46,159 nt of DNA from a virus. How positions within the stretch are numbered: position 1 is the stretch's first letter; every line of letters starts with the position of its first letter. The notes under the pieces are model-generated. The model was not told where the DNA came from, did no database searches, and saw only the letters and a list, made by a program, of their open reading frames with translations. The DNA is taken from the UHGV virus genome UHGV-1375912. One strand, given 5' to 3'. Position numbers and translations under genes: made by a program. Positions 1-8,583 of the stretch are shown in pieces.

Positions 1-46
1 CTTCTAAGCCGTAGGTCACAGGTTCGAATCCTGTAGGGCGTGCCAA
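1..46 (+). tRNA. 3' portion of a tRNA-Arg(UCU)-like gene. Anticodon loop CTTCTAA, T-arm GGTTCGAATCC, acceptor end GCGTGCCA. The 5' part lies outside the window.
   Basis: The T-loop GGTTCGAATCC and a CCA end are visible. The whole stretch closely resembles the 3' half of E. coli argU. Confidence 0.7.
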
Positions 47-60
47 ATAAAATCAACGAG

Positions 61-1224
61 TTATGCCATCCCTCTGACTACCAGATTTTCCACATGGGAC
101 AGATTTGGGACACGACTTCCAAAAATCGCATCAATTTGCCGCGCATGCTCCGTTAAATGGTTAGGTGCAAGGTGCGCATATCGCTGGACCATTTCAATGC
201 TTTCCCAGCCGCCCATTTCCTGCAGCGCGGATAACGGAACGCCAGCCTGAATTAACCAACTCGCCCATGTATGCCGCAAGTCGTGAAACCGGAAGTCCTC
301 AATACCAGCTCGTTTCAGTGCTGCGCGCCACGCAGTGTTTGAATCGACCCGCATCTTCCTGACGCTGGCAGTTGTGGTCCCGTCATTTCTCTTCACCGAT
401 TCGGTGTGAACAAATACCCAGTTGTTGTGCCGGCCAATCTGTCGTCTCAGGACTGATTCAGCCATTTCATTCAGCGCTACGCCAATAGCTCTGCCTGACT
501 TACTTTCTTCCGGGTAAATCCACGCCACCTTTCGCTGCAGGTCAATCTGCTGCCACTTGAGATCAACGATGTTTGAACGGCGCAATCCTGTCGCCAGCGC
601 AAACTCTACGGTAGACTTCAGAGGTTCCGGACATTCATCAATCAGTCGCTTTGCTTCAGCGGGTTCGAGCCACCGCACCCGCTTATTTCTTTCCTGAGGC
701 ACTTTGATAACAGGCGACTTCTCGATCCATTTCCATTCCCGTTCCGCTGCACGCATCATCGCTTTCATTAATGCCAGGTGCTTAGCTTTGGTTGAGGTGG
801 AAACGGCAGCCGGTTTGTACTCCCCGATATCCAGCCCCTTCTTCGCCATTGATACGGCGCGCTGCTCCCATCTCTCTTTTGCTTTGCGGTTAGTCATCCT
901 GCTGACTGCGGCATAAATCTTCGCCTCGCTGATATCCTTCAGCAATACACCTTCAAAGTGCATGAGCCAGAATCCGATCCGGCCCTTATCTGCATCGAGT
1001 GATTTCTTGTGCGCCTTTTCTTCCAGCCAGCGAAGGCATGCTTCCTCGAACGTTACGTCAGGAAAATCACCCAGCCGCTCTATTCGCCATAACTCAGCCT
1101 TTCGCCGGTCGTGCAGCTCCTGTGCTTGCTTTCGGTCCTCTGTGCCAAGAGATTCCTTAATGCGCTTCCCGCCTGGCGTCGTGTAACTCCCGTACCAGAC
1201 GGTACCTCTGCGGAAGATCGACAT
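61..1224 (-). CDS. int: Tyrosine site-specific integrase, P4-like family.
   Basis: 387 aa. The C-terminal catalytic region reads [39 protein letters not shown] (R, H-x-x-R, Y). The gene sits directly beside the tRNA 3' end. Confidence 0.9.
   Translation of the reverse strand: MSIFRRGTVWYGSYTTPGGKRIKESLGTEDRKQAQELHDRRKAELWRIERLGDFPDVTFEEACLRWLEEKAHKKSLDADKGRIGFWLMHFEGVLLKDISEAKIYAAVSRMTNRKAKERWEQRAVSMAKKGLDIGEYKPAAVSTSTKAKHLALMKAMMRAAEREWKWIEKSPVIKVPQERNKRVRWLEPAEAKRLIDECPEPLKSTVEFALATGLRRSNIVDLKWQQIDLQRKVAWIYPEESKSGRAIGVALNEMAESVLRRQIGRHNNWVFVHTESVKRNDGTTTASVRKMRVDSNTAWRAALKRAGIEDFRFHDLRHTWASWLIQAGVPLSALQEMGGWESIEMVQRYAHLAPNHLTEHARQIDAIFGSRVPNLSHVENLVVRGMA
94..114. repeat. Left copy of a 21-bp direct repeat ATGGGACAGATTTG(G/A)GACACG. 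Candidate attL core.
   Basis: 20 of 21 positions are identical to 46034-46054. The window is framed symmetrically by the two copies. The repeat lies inside the 3' end of the int ORF. Confidence 0.5.
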
Positions 1225-1451
1225 GATTTATTCTCCTCATGTGCATCTGCCGCGCTCACGGCGACAGTGTGCATTGGATTGTTGAGAGCGGCAATACAGG
1301 CCTGCCGGGTGAGGAGGTAGGGTGACTTTGGTTTGGACGGGTCTTTGCGCGTCGCCATCAGCCGTCCGGTCCGTATCCATTGCTGACACGTAGGCCGGGA
1401 AATGCCGAGGAACGCGCACGCCTCTTCCATAGACAGGGCATAGGTTTCCAT
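1080..1451 (-). CDS. Excisionase / AlpA-like HTH DNA-binding protein. The ORF runs 145 nt into the int start, so the functional length is uncertain.
   Basis: An HTH segment [24 protein letters not shown] lies immediately upstream of int. Confidence 0.5.
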   Translation of the reverse strand: METYALSMEEACAFLGISRPTCQQWIRTGRLMATRKDPSKPKSPYLLTRQACIAALNNPMHTVAVSAADAHEENKSCRSSAEVPSGTGVTRRQAGSALRNLLAQRTESKHRSCTTGERLSYGE

Positions 1452-1494
1452 ATCTACTCCTTTGGCGGCTTACCGCGGATAAATGCGATGATTA

Positions 1495-1532
1495 GCAAAA
1501 TGAAAAGGGCGAGGTCAGTTAAGAGCTCGCCC
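1495..1532 (-). terminator. Rho-independent terminator (GGGCGAG-N12-CTCGCCC plus U-tract) after the early-left genes and before xis/int.
   Basis: A perfect 7-bp inverted repeat is followed on the minus strand by TTTTCATTTT. Confidence 0.5.
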
Positions 1533-1557
1533 GGGGTGATGTCGTCGCAGGTGGTGG

Positions 1558-1866
1558 TCATTCTGCTGACAGCATGATTGAAAACTTATCCGACACCTCA
1601 TTTTTATAACGCTCAATGTCGTCATCCATGCTTCTGAATGGCACTTGCTTTCGGCTTCGCTGTAGCGTGTATCCGCAGCGGGCCATGTACCAAAGAAAAG
1701 TGTCGACAACATAGATGTGACCATCGCGAGCATTCCCATTGTCGTTAGCGTTCTGGATTGTATTGTGCATCGCTTTGAACAGGTCTTTCTGGTCATGGAA
1801 GTCGCGAAACTCACGCGGCATGTAATCTCCGCTTTTTAGCCAGGCATAAAGTGGATCGTTTGACAT
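1558..1866 (-). CDS. Hypothetical phage protein.
   Basis: 102-aa ORF in the early-left operon with good coding character. Confidence 0.5.
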   Translation of the reverse strand: MSNDPLYAWLKSGDYMPREFRDFHDQKDLFKAMHNTIQNANDNGNARDGHIYVVDTFLWYMARCGYTLQRSRKQVPFRSMDDDIERYKNEVSDKFSIMLSAE

Positions 1867-1912
1867 AACAACTCCTCACGCAGAGCGCGATAGTGAATAG
1901 GGTGGGTGGGGG

Positions 1913-2122
1913 TTAGTAGCAGAAATCGACTTTAAATTTGTGTTCGCAGGCGGGGCATTCAACATCTACATTGGTGGTTCTAGGGGTATCGTGCTCGCAA
2001 GCCTCAGCTCTTCCGCCATCAGCCCAAAAGTCGTCATCCTGCTCGATTAAATCGAAATACTCTTGGCACTCAGGGCATTCGGTATAGAGAGTGATGCGCC
2101 AGTCTGCATATATATTGCTCAT
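1913..2122 (-). CDS. Small zinc-ribbon protein with two CxxC pairs.
   Basis: CPEC...CPAC motifs in a 69-aa ORF. Confidence 0.5.
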   Translation of the reverse strand: MSNIYADWRITLYTECPECQEYFDLIEQDDDFWADGGRAEACEHDTPRTTNVDVECPACEHKFKVDFCY

Positions 2123-2331
2123 GCCACGCTCCTCTGGCTCTGCGCCCGCAAGAATTTCTCATGGTCTTCCCGGCACTCAGCGTCACAGTAGTGACCCTTG
2201 TCGATCGGCTCCTCGCACCAGTGGCATTCACCGGTGTAAACCATGTTCGGCTTAGGCCGGTTAGCCAGGGCAATCTCAATCATCTGCTGCTCGCGTTCTG
2301 CGGCTTCATCAATAGGGTCTGGATGTGTCAT
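2119..2331 (-). CDS. DksA/TraR-family C4 zinc-finger protein.
   Basis: 70 aa with CHWCEEPI...CDAEC. The size and position are typical of phage TraR-like genes. Confidence 0.6.
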   Translation of the reverse strand: MTHPDPIDEAAEREQQMIEIALANRPKPNMVYTGECHWCEEPIDKGHYCDAECREDHEKFLRAQSQRSVA

Positions 2332-2349
2332 TTAGGTTTCCTATAGGCA

Positions 2350-2375
2350 ATAAAAAACCCCGCCGGGGCGAGGTT
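2350..2375 (-). terminator. Short GC hairpin plus U6 terminator downstream of the 2394-2864 gene.
   Basis: The minus strand reads CCTCGCCCCGGCGGGGTTTTTTATT. Confidence 0.4.
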
Positions 2376-2393
2376 AGTTAAATATCGATTTCT

Positions 2394-2864
2394 CTATCGC
2401 CCGGTTACATAACTGATGCAATCCCGTGGGGATTTAGCTGATAGCCTTCCGTAATCGTAAGCACTACTAAGCTTCTTTATGGCCTCAGCGTTACCTGAGT
2501 ATCGTGAAATTACGGCAAGATATTTACTTGCTGCTCCACCCAGATCGCCAGAGACAGCTCCTTCACCGCCAAAATTACATACATTTGACATATCAACTGC
2601 AATATCAAAAGTGGTGGGCGGCTGGGTGTGCCGCAACTTATTTTCTTTGATATAGCTATCTGCTTTATCCACAATTTCTTTGCGCCAGCATAGGCCAGAC
2701 CCTTTTGGGGCCGCTTCTTCAGATTCTGCATAGCCATACTCATTAACTGAAAACTGGCAGTCCAAATTATTCTTCTCATCGTGTATGAAGAATGCAGAAT
2801 AAGAAAACTCAGAAGTTAATATAAGTGTGGAGAAGCAAGCTATTTTTAACAGATGTTGTGACAT
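2394..2864 (-). CDS. Secreted or periplasmic protein with a cleavable signal peptide and four Cys. Low-GC moron of unknown function.
   Basis: The N-terminus MSQHLLKIACFSTLILTSEFSYSA-FF has a type I signal peptide. GC is about 42% against about 52% for the neighbours. It has its own terminator. Confidence 0.6.
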   Translation of the reverse strand: MSQHLLKIACFSTLILTSEFSYSAFFIHDEKNNLDCQFSVNEYGYAESEEAAPKGSGLCWRKEIVDKADSYIKENKLRHTQPPTTFDIAVDMSNVCNFGGEGAVSGDLGGAASKYLAVISRYSGNAEAIKKLSSAYDYGRLSAKSPRDCISYVTGR

Positions 2865-2893
2865 GGCGATGTCCTCCTGTGGGGAGTATACGC

Positions 2894-3343
2894 CTATTCA
2901 GATGGGTTGGGCGCTGCTGCCAGCATGGATTTGTAGAGGCTAACGGGAAGAAACGCGTCCCCTTCATGGCTTTTAATTGCTGCAGAAATCATCTCCCAGC
3001 TCGGCTCTACCGGTACCAGCTTCCATCCTTCCGGAACCCGAAGCGCCGGCGCTGGCGGGTCGGTGTAGAGTTTTTGCCCCATAAATAAAGCGCCCTCAAA
3101 TAACGGTCTCACGGATTTACTAAGTGGCTCTTCACCAATAAGTTGCGCTGCTGTTACATAATCCCTAGGCTCGACGATAGCCACAGGCTGCGCGGTCAGT
3201 GCGGCGAGTGCGATTTTGAACAGTGATAACTCTTTCTCGGTGTCGCCATCAAAACCGAAAGGTATTTCATCGCGCGCCGCTTCAGCATCATCTATCCATG
3301 ATTTAGCATGCTCAATCAGCGCCTGCTTCTCTACCTCGTTCAT
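2894..3343 (-). CDS. Hypothetical phage protein. The likely start is the internal Met (MNEVEK) with an AAGGGG RBS; the longer ORF extends to 3487.
   Basis: The long ORF overlaps the upstream gene by 95 nt. The internal ATG at 3343 has a good RBS. Confidence 0.5.
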   Translation of the reverse strand: MNEVEKQALIEHAKSWIDDAEAARDEIPFGFDGDTEKELSLFKIALAALTAQPVAIVEPRDYVTAAQLIGEEPLSKSVRPLFEGALFMGQKLYTDPPAPALRVPEGWKLVPVEPSWEMISAAIKSHEGDAFLPVSLYKSMLAAAPNPSE

Positions 3344-3392
3344 TCTCTTACCCCTTATGCCGCTGTCAGGCTCAATGCCGCGGCGAAAATAG

Positions 3393-3704
3393 TTAGTCGC
3401 CGTGATAACGGCGTGCTGCCCATTCTGGATAGGCAGGGTTGGTATCTCTGACCGGAACCTCATGCTTACTGTGCCGGTTGCGCTCAATCGCTTCCTGATG
3501 CTCGACGTACTTCGTCAGACGCCGCTCCGTGGCCTCCTGCACCCATTCCTTTGTCTGGTCAGTGGTCCGTACTGATAGCGACGCCCTCACGCCTTTCTTC
3601 GCCAAAATCTGCTGCTGTGCGTCCTGCATCGCTAACATCCATCTGCGCTGTGATTCCGTTTCATCAGGGCGTGCAGAGTCCGCCGAAGGTTCGGTGATGG
3701 TCAT
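3393..3704 (-). CDS. Hypothetical phage protein.
   Basis: 103-aa ORF. Confidence 0.45.
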   Translation of the reverse strand: MTITEPSADSARPDETESQRRWMLAMQDAQQQILAKKGVRASLSVRTTDQTKEWVQEATERRLTKYVEHQEAIERNRHSKHEVPVRDTNPAYPEWAARRYHGD

Positions 3705-3726
3705 GAGGGTGCCTTATTGGTGGGTG

Positions 3727-4320
3727 TTAGAAGGGGGTAAAGCCTGAATCTTCTTGCTGAGGGTAGTTGCCATAATCATTGGCTTGCTGGCCGCCACCTT
3801 TCTTGCGCTCATCCTTGTCTTTCAGGCCGGACACCATGCGATCAACCGCCTCTGCGTTCTTGCCTTCAGACTTCTCCAGAAGCGTCTGACGGGTCTGAGC
3901 AATGAATGGCAGGCGAATCTCCAGACCGTACGTATCTGAGCCGTCATTTTTGCTGCGAAGGACTTTCTGGAGCACCAGGCCGACTTTCTTCCCTGCAAAT
4001 TCAGGCGCCACGAATGTCTTCGCGTCCTTCATCTGATTGGTTAACTGGCTCACACCGGCGCAACCCATGATTGCATGCACCATGTTGACGCCGAACGTGT
4101 TCTCACTGCCGTCCTTTTTGGAAACGTAAACACTGAGGTACTGAACCTTTCGCCCATCGTCTGCCTCGCCTGAGAACTCGATAGCCTTAGCGCCACCTTG
4201 AGAGGTGGTCAGCGCCGCCTCAGTGATAGTCAGAACGTATGCGCCTGACTCGTTGATGAAACCGCCTTGCCCGGCGGTTAATGCTGCTTCGTGGTTGTAG
4301 GTGAAAATCACATTACTCAT
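3727..4320 (-). CDS. Putative ssDNA-binding (SSB-like/DUF669-type) partner of Sak4. Acidic C-terminal tail ending FTPF.
   Basis: The gene lies directly downstream of the Sak4-like ATPase with a 4-nt overlap. The C-terminal acidic tail, ...QQEDSGFTPF, is reminiscent of SSB DDDIPF. Confidence 0.45.
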   Translation of the reverse strand: MSNVIFTYNHEAALTAGQGGFINESGAYVLTITEAALTTSQGGAKAIEFSGEADDGRKVQYLSVYVSKKDGSENTFGVNMVHAIMGCAGVSQLTNQMKDAKTFVAPEFAGKKVGLVLQKVLRSKNDGSDTYGLEIRLPFIAQTRQTLLEKSEGKNAEAVDRMVSGLKDKDERKKGGGQQANDYGNYPQQEDSGFTPF

Positions 4321-4997
4321 GCGGCTGATTCCTTCAGGTTATGAACATTTGATAAGCCCCAGTACTCGCAGATGGTCGCATCCACGAATGCCAGGTCATT
4401 GTCGATTTCGTTGCTTTCAAACATGCCCATCGGTGATTTCACCGTATCGGCACCGTTATTTTTGGTGGTGAAGAAGAACTGCTCATCACGCGTGAGTGTG
4501 CGCAGAACGATAGTGAACATGCCTTCGACGGTGATTTTTTCGTCCAGCATCTTGCCGATCGTTTTCATCTTCACGCGGCCCATCTGCGTCTCTTCTGTGT
4601 GAGCCATGAAGTAGACGCGAAGGTCATCTGGCGCATCCTGAGCAGCTTTAATGATGTCCCATGCGTGCCGGCCGATTTCGGTAAATTTATCGAAGGATTT
4701 CTCTTCGGAACGGCGCATGAATTCATTGCTCATCACATACTGGAAGTCGTCGATGATTACGATCCGCTTGCCAAGGTGATGCGCCCACTTAATGACGTTC
4801 ACGATGGCATCTGATTTATCGGTGGCTACGACAGTCCCTGTTTTTTTGTCCTTATCCCAAGGCAGCCAATCCTTTGACTTGAATGGCAGAGGTTTGCCAA
4901 CAGGCTTAACCAGCATTGCCATATTGGGATCGATGTTGCGCAGGCTGGTAGATTTACCAGTGCCTGACTCACCGAGAATTAGCGTTGCTGTACCCAT
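4317..4997 (-). CDS. Sak4-like RecA-fold ATPase (phage single-strand annealing and recombination protein).
   Basis: Walker A GESGTGKST near the N-terminus. Its ~226-aa size and pairing with an SSB-like gene match the Sak4 family. Confidence 0.7.
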   Translation of the reverse strand: MGTATLILGESGTGKSTSLRNIDPNMAMLVKPVGKPLPFKSKDWLPWDKDKKTGTVVATDKSDAIVNVIKWAHHLGKRIVIIDDFQYVMSNEFMRRSEEKSFDKFTEIGRHAWDIIKAAQDAPDDLRVYFMAHTEETQMGRVKMKTIGKMLDEKITVEGMFTIVLRTLTRDEQFFFTTKNNGADTVKSPMGMFESNEIDNDLAFVDATICEYWGLSNVHNLKESAA

Positions 4998-5188
4998 CAG
5001 TTAATCCCCATTCTCTCTGCCTGTCGCTCCGTACGGTAATCAGCCGCCGCTTCCATGGCGGCCTGCTGTGGCGTCATCTCATCAAGCACTGGCTCTAAGA
5101 TGGCCTTCATCATTTCGATGAAATAGATATCCGGATCAATCATGCTGCGTGCTCCTGGTGAATTGTGTAGCCCTGCTCTGTGAGCCAC
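4997..5188 (-). CDS. Hypothetical protein.
   Basis: 63-aa ORF tightly packed in the operon. Confidence 0.4.
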   Translation of the reverse strand: MAHRAGLHNSPGARSMIDPDIYFIEMMKAILEPVLDEMTPQQAAMEAAADYRTERQAERMGIN

Positions 5189-5334
5189 TCCATGACGTCT
5201 TTGATATCAAGCTGGTTCAGCACCTGCTTGCCGCTGAAGTCGAGCAGAGAGACCTCATCTGCTTCGATAATCATCATGCCGGGGCGATATCCGGCGCGCG
5301 TCTTAAGCTCGCCACATTCAATCTTCATTTTCAT
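5140..5334 (-). CDS. Hypothetical small protein. The start is taken at MKMKIECGEL; the long Arg-rich N-terminal extension of the 5140-5700 ORF is rejected.
   Basis: GGGAGAGAAG RBS before the ATG at 5334. ATGA overlap with the upstream ORF. Confidence 0.4.
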   Translation of the reverse strand: MKMKIECGELKTRAGYRPGMMIIEADEVSLLDFSGKQVLNQLDIKDVMEWLTEQGYTIHQEHAA

Positions 5335-5513
5335 TTCTTCTCTCCCAGCCCGAGGCTTCTGAGCATCAGGTTGATGAAGGTGAAATCCTTCGAGTTCTCC
5401 AGCATCTTGCGCTGGCGCTCTAACTCTTCCTGCTGCTTCTGGTAAGGCAGGGTGGGTGATTGAGTCTTCACGGTTTGCCCTCCTGCGATACGACCTGTAA
5501 CAGGCGCTCCCAA
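5331..5513 (-). CDS. Possible small ORF. The start codon is uncertain (TTG at 5513).
   Basis: It fills the gap between neighbouring ORFs but has no clear RBS. Confidence 0.2.
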   Translation of the reverse strand: MGAPVTGRIAGGQTVKTQSPTLPYQKQQEELERQRKMLENSKDFTFINLMLRSLGLGEKK

Positions 5514-5632
5514 AGCTGCTGTAAGCGGCTCTTAGGCTTCCACGACATAACGTCAGCGCCGGTGAGTTTGAAATCGAACATGGTGTTTTTGGGGCAGCCC
5601 GATGCCGCCCCAGCGATAGCGAAAGCTTGCAT
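5468..5632 (-). CDS. Small 54-aa ORF (MQAFAIAGAASGCPKNTMFDFKLTGADVMSWKPKSRLQQLWERLLQVVSQEGKP) absent from the supplied track.
   Basis: ATG with a GGAG RBS 9 nt upstream, found by manual translation. Confidence 0.3.
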   Translation of the reverse strand: MQAFAIAGAASGCPKNTMFDFKLTGADVMSWKPKSRLQQLWERLLQVVSQEGKP

Positions 5633-5663
5633 GGGGATACTCCGTTGAATGGGTTAGGTTGGT

Positions 5664-5691
5664 GTAAAAAAGAAGGCCGCACTAAGCGGCC
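5664..5691 (-). terminator. Internal terminator hairpin GGCCGC-ACTAA-GCGGCC plus U-run within the early-left operon.
   Basis: Perfect 6-bp stem. The minus strand reads GGCCGCTTAGTGCGGCCTTCTTTTTT. Confidence 0.45.
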
Positions 5692-5782
5692 AAATCGCAT
5701 CCTGTTCTGTCTCTATCATTTGAAACTTCACAGCGTTGGTGCGTAGCACCTCAAAGCCGTCTAAGCAGACAGCTTTACGGTG

Positions 5783-5968
5783 TCACTCAATAGGTAATTC
5801 AGGTATCTCACACCAAAAGCTTACCTGCGGTGTGTAATGGCTTAAACCAACCCACTGCAGCCCGTCATGCCATACTACGAATGGACGTTTTGATGGGCCG
5901 CTGAACCCAAGAACATAACGGCTATTATCAGGCAGCTTATCTTTAGATTTAATCCATTCCATCCTCAA
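5783..5968 (-). CDS. Small phage protein, DUF551-like.
   Basis: 61 aa. The W...LP...W pattern resembles DUF551, which is common in lambdoid early regions. Confidence 0.35.
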   Translation of the reverse strand: MRMEWIKSKDKLPDNSRYVLGFSGPSKRPFVVWHDGLQWVGLSHYTPQVSFWCEIPELPIE

Positions 5969-5980
5969 CCTCCTCAGTGG

Positions 5981-6271
5981 TTACTGGCCCAATGCCTTGG
6001 CGATGGCGGCTTCAACTTGAGCCAGCAGGCACTTGGTTGGGTGCATTGAACCTGCCTCGGCTTCATACCCGGCAGCATAAAGCTGGTTGCGCATACGCAG
6101 GCAAGCCTCAAGAAGCTCAGGTGCCGCAGCGATTAGCCTGGCGTTTGCCCAGTCTTCGTCGGATGGTTCGCATCCAGCAACTCCCGCAACAAGGTCGTAT
6201 CTCGCATCACACCCAACATCGCCTTCTTCATCAACAAACCACCGCCCAGGCGTTCCCTTAAACTCGCTCAT
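5981..6271 (-). CDS. Hypothetical phage protein.
   Basis: 96-aa ORF. Confidence 0.5.
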   Translation of the reverse strand: MSEFKGTPGRWFVDEEGDVGCDARYDLVAGVAGCEPSDEDWANARLIAAAPELLEACLRMRNQLYAAGYEAEAGSMHPTKCLLAQVEAAIAKALGQ

Positions 6272-6349
6272 CTCAACCTCCTGCTATAAACCCCAGCCCC
6301 ATCAACACACCAGTCACCAACCAAATGAATATGTAGTTACCAGTGCTTA

Positions 6350-6862
6350 TCATGGTTTGCGGGGGTATTTATGAAATTCACGAACGAACTCACCGTGATG
6401 AAGCTTTGCTGCTTCTATGTATTTCTGGTGAGCTTCTTCCGGGGTTTTATAGGTCCCCAGGTGTATCCTCTTGCCATTTACTCTAATACTGGCTTGCCAC
6501 TTTCCAGTAGATCGATGAGCACACACACCAGGAAACCCTGAACTGTTATCCTTTCTAACCTTTCGATTACACATATTTTGCTGATGTGTTGAAGGCCGAA
6601 GGTTTTGAATTCGATTGTCCGATGGATCGCCATTTATGTGGTCGATGAATTGTGGAACCTCACCTCCATGATGAATGATCCATGCCAGCCTATGCCCTTT
6701 AAATATCCTCCCTCCAACCTTGACAACTAAGTACCCAAGTTTGTCCGTATGCCCTGCGATTTGGCCTGCTTTCTTTCCTCCCCTTATGTCTTTTTTCCAT
6801 GTTAATAGCCCCGAATAAGGGTCGTAATTTAGAGCTTCAATTACTTCATGAATTACAGACAT
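6350..6862 (-). CDS. HNH homing endonuclease with a C-terminal AP2-type DNA-binding domain.
   Basis: HNH motif IDHINGDPSDNRIQNLRPSTHQQN. AP2-like segment GVCAHRSTGKWQASIRVNGKRIHLGTYKTPEEA. Local GC is low. Confidence 0.75.
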   Translation of the reverse strand: MSVIHEVIEALNYDPYSGLLTWKKDIRGGKKAGQIAGHTDKLGYLVVKVGGRIFKGHRLAWIIHHGGEVPQFIDHINGDPSDNRIQNLRPSTHQQNMCNRKVRKDNSSGFPGVCAHRSTGKWQASIRVNGKRIHLGTYKTPEEAHQKYIEAAKLHHGEFVREFHKYPRKP

Positions 6863-6871
6863 AATCCCCCC

Positions 6872-6900
6872 AATAAAAAAGGCTGCGGGTTAGGCAGCCT
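6872..6900 (-). terminator. Terminator hairpin AGGCTGC-GGGTT-GCAGCCT plus U6 immediately upstream of the HNH gene.
   Basis: The minus strand reads GAGGCTGCCTAACCCGCAGCCTTTTTTATTGG. Confidence 0.5.
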
Positions 6901-7178
6901 CAGATTTCGGTAAATGTTTGCTTGCTGATCCCTTTAGGGTTGAGCAGCCAGAATCGAAGCGCTCCTTTTTGGTCCCCCGAGCGCTTGAGATAGCGAATGA
7001 AGTCAATCCGCTCGGTTCTGGTGCCGGATAATGGATAGCTGTACTCAGCCATTTACTGGTGCTTTTTCACGAGCCTTCTGATTAATCTGTCGCTTCATTT
7101 GGGAAACCATTCGCTTTGCCATGGCCCGGTCTTCGCAAAGCTCAAAAGCAATCCTGTACATCTCTTTGTCACTCATAT

Positions 7179-7430
7179 TCAACCTCTCGTCGTTACGATG
7201 TCTTTTGAGTTGCGATAGCCGCGACGACTACTGCGCGTTTCTTCTTGCCAAGCCTGCGCGTCATCTAATGCGGAATCACCATCAAATACTTTGTTTTTCG
7301 GGTCGTTCTTGGCGATGACTTTCGGGCGCTTCTCATCCATTGCATGAAAAGTCCAACTGGTAGGCGTTTCATTGATAATCCGGCCACCAATAAGCCACCC
7401 GCTTGCTTTAGCGTGTATTGCCATGCTCAC
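7179..7430 (-). CDS. Hypothetical protein.
   Basis: 83-aa ORF. Confidence 0.4.
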   Translation of the reverse strand: MSMAIHAKASGWLIGGRIINETPTSWTFHAMDEKRPKVIAKNDPKNKVFDGDSALDDAQAWQEETRSSRRGYRNSKDIVTTRG

Positions 7431-7511
7431 CTCAAATAAGTGGAATTGATTTAACTCCGCAGCACTCTCGTGAGAATGCTCTGGAATTACCCGGCGAACC
7501 GGGCGATTTTC

Positions 7512-7682
7512 TTATTTCTCAGCCGCCCATTTACGAGCTCTTGCGCGATTAGCCAAGGCCAGCTCAGTGAAAGAGCGGCGGGAAAGATGCAGGCCCTTCT
7601 GTTTGCTTTCAGCTGCCCGGTCACGGTAATGCTTAACTTCTTCACGACACTCTTTTGCGAAAACTTCAGTCAAAATGCTCAT
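7512..7682 (-). CDS. Hypothetical small protein. The start is taken at MSILTEV with a GAGG RBS; the longer ORF reaches 7766.
   Basis: The internal start avoids an 80-nt overlap with the upstream gene. Confidence 0.4.
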   Translation of the reverse strand: MSILTEVFAKECREEVKHYRDRAAESKQKGLHLSRRSFTELALANRARARKWAAEK

Positions 7683-7684
7683 AA

Positions 7685-7966
7685 CTACCTCGCTGGATAA
7701 ATGCTCTTGGTTGGTTTCCGATAGCCGGCGTAATGCTGCTCTGACATCGCATCTATTTTCTTGCACAAATCATCATGATCTTTTGCTGGTTCATTCGTAC
7801 ATGCGAACGGCCCGCATAGCGCCCAAACTATGTTGTATCTGTAGCCAGACAATTCCGCGTCGTCGCCATTAACGCGCCAAACAGTTCCCGCATAGTGATT
7901 CGCATGATCAAGAACGACGTATTCGACACCTGGCCTGACAGGTGAGTATTTTAAGTGGAGCTTCAT
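7685..7966 (-). CDS. Hypothetical protein.
   Basis: 93-aa ORF. Confidence 0.5.
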   Translation of the reverse strand: MKLHLKYSPVRPGVEYVVLDHANHYAGTVWRVNGDDAELSGYRYNIVWALCGPFACTNEPAKDHDDLCKKIDAMSEQHYAGYRKPTKSIYPAR

Positions 7967-8095
7967 AACCCCTCACTTAATGATGTGTGTTACATCCTTA
8001 CGGACGGTTCGGTAGCCCGCGTTATAGACAGCCACATCCGGCAGACATAACGATGTGCTCTCATGCCTGTCACGCAGAGAAGGGGAGAAGGCGGT

Positions 8096-8422
8096 TCAAA
8101 TGAGTGGAATGCTCTTTCCGCGCATCTTCTGCACTGCGTGAATCTGACGACCAGCTTCATTGCTGACCTTCTGGTATTTGGTGCTGATGCGGTGCTCAAC
8201 GTATGCGGCTGCACCTGCCAGAATCTGCTTGTGATACTCCGTATCTGTTTCAACTGCCTTGACTACGCGGTCAGCTGCTGGGCGTTTGCACTGCAACACA
8301 ACGCGACTTGGAGTAGGTCGATGCAACACTTCAGCGCTAACGCTGGCTTCACTCTGAAGGTGAGCACGACGTTCACGACGACGACCTGAAGCTGAACCGG
8401 AGAATTGAGTTCTGCGTGTCAT
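8096..8422 (-). CDS. N: N-like transcription antitermination protein. First gene of the PL operon.
   Basis: 108 aa. The N-terminal arginine-rich motif MTRRTQFSGSASGRRRERRAH matches the lambda N ARM (RRRERRA). Strong CAGGAGG RBS. It lies downstream of OL and the candidate nutL. Confidence 0.65.
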   Translation of the reverse strand: MTRRTQFSGSASGRRRERRAHLQSEASVSAEVLHRPTPSRVVLQCKRPAADRVVKAVETDTEYHKQILAGAAAYVEHRISTKYQKVSNEAGRQIHAVQKMRGKSIPLI

Positions 8423-8489
8423 AGATACCTCCTGAGTAAATTTTGGCGATGGTACTTATCCATCCCAAAACTCACGCTTTGGTACTAAC

Positions 8490-8536
8490 TGGCTTTTCAG
8501 CCACGTAGGTGATCCGTCACCGTTGTTAAAAGAGCC
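8490..8536 (-). promoter_or_regulatory. Candidate nutL. Read on the minus-strand transcript: boxA-like GCTCTTTTAACAA, a spacer hairpin, CUACG, then a boxB-like hairpin UGGCU-GAAA-AGCCA.
   Basis: The architecture and the purine GAAA loop mirror nutR at 10943-10987. It lies between PL and N. Confidence 0.5.
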
Positions 8537-8583
8537 TGCTGTCCGTTTCGTACTGCGCCAGCTTCCTGCTGATGGAATAATAT

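Noticed and set aside
5335-5700. N-terminal two-thirds of the 186-aa ORF 5140-5700.
   Set aside because: The extension is Arg/Pro-rich junk that overlaps better ORFs in other frames. The credible gene starts at the internal MKMK (5334) with an RBS.
7990-8389. ORFs 7990-8253 (minus) and 8063-8389 (plus) overlapping the N-like gene.
   Set aside because: Both overlap the strongly supported N-like ORF (GGAGG RBS, ARM motif), give low-complexity protein, and have no RBS.
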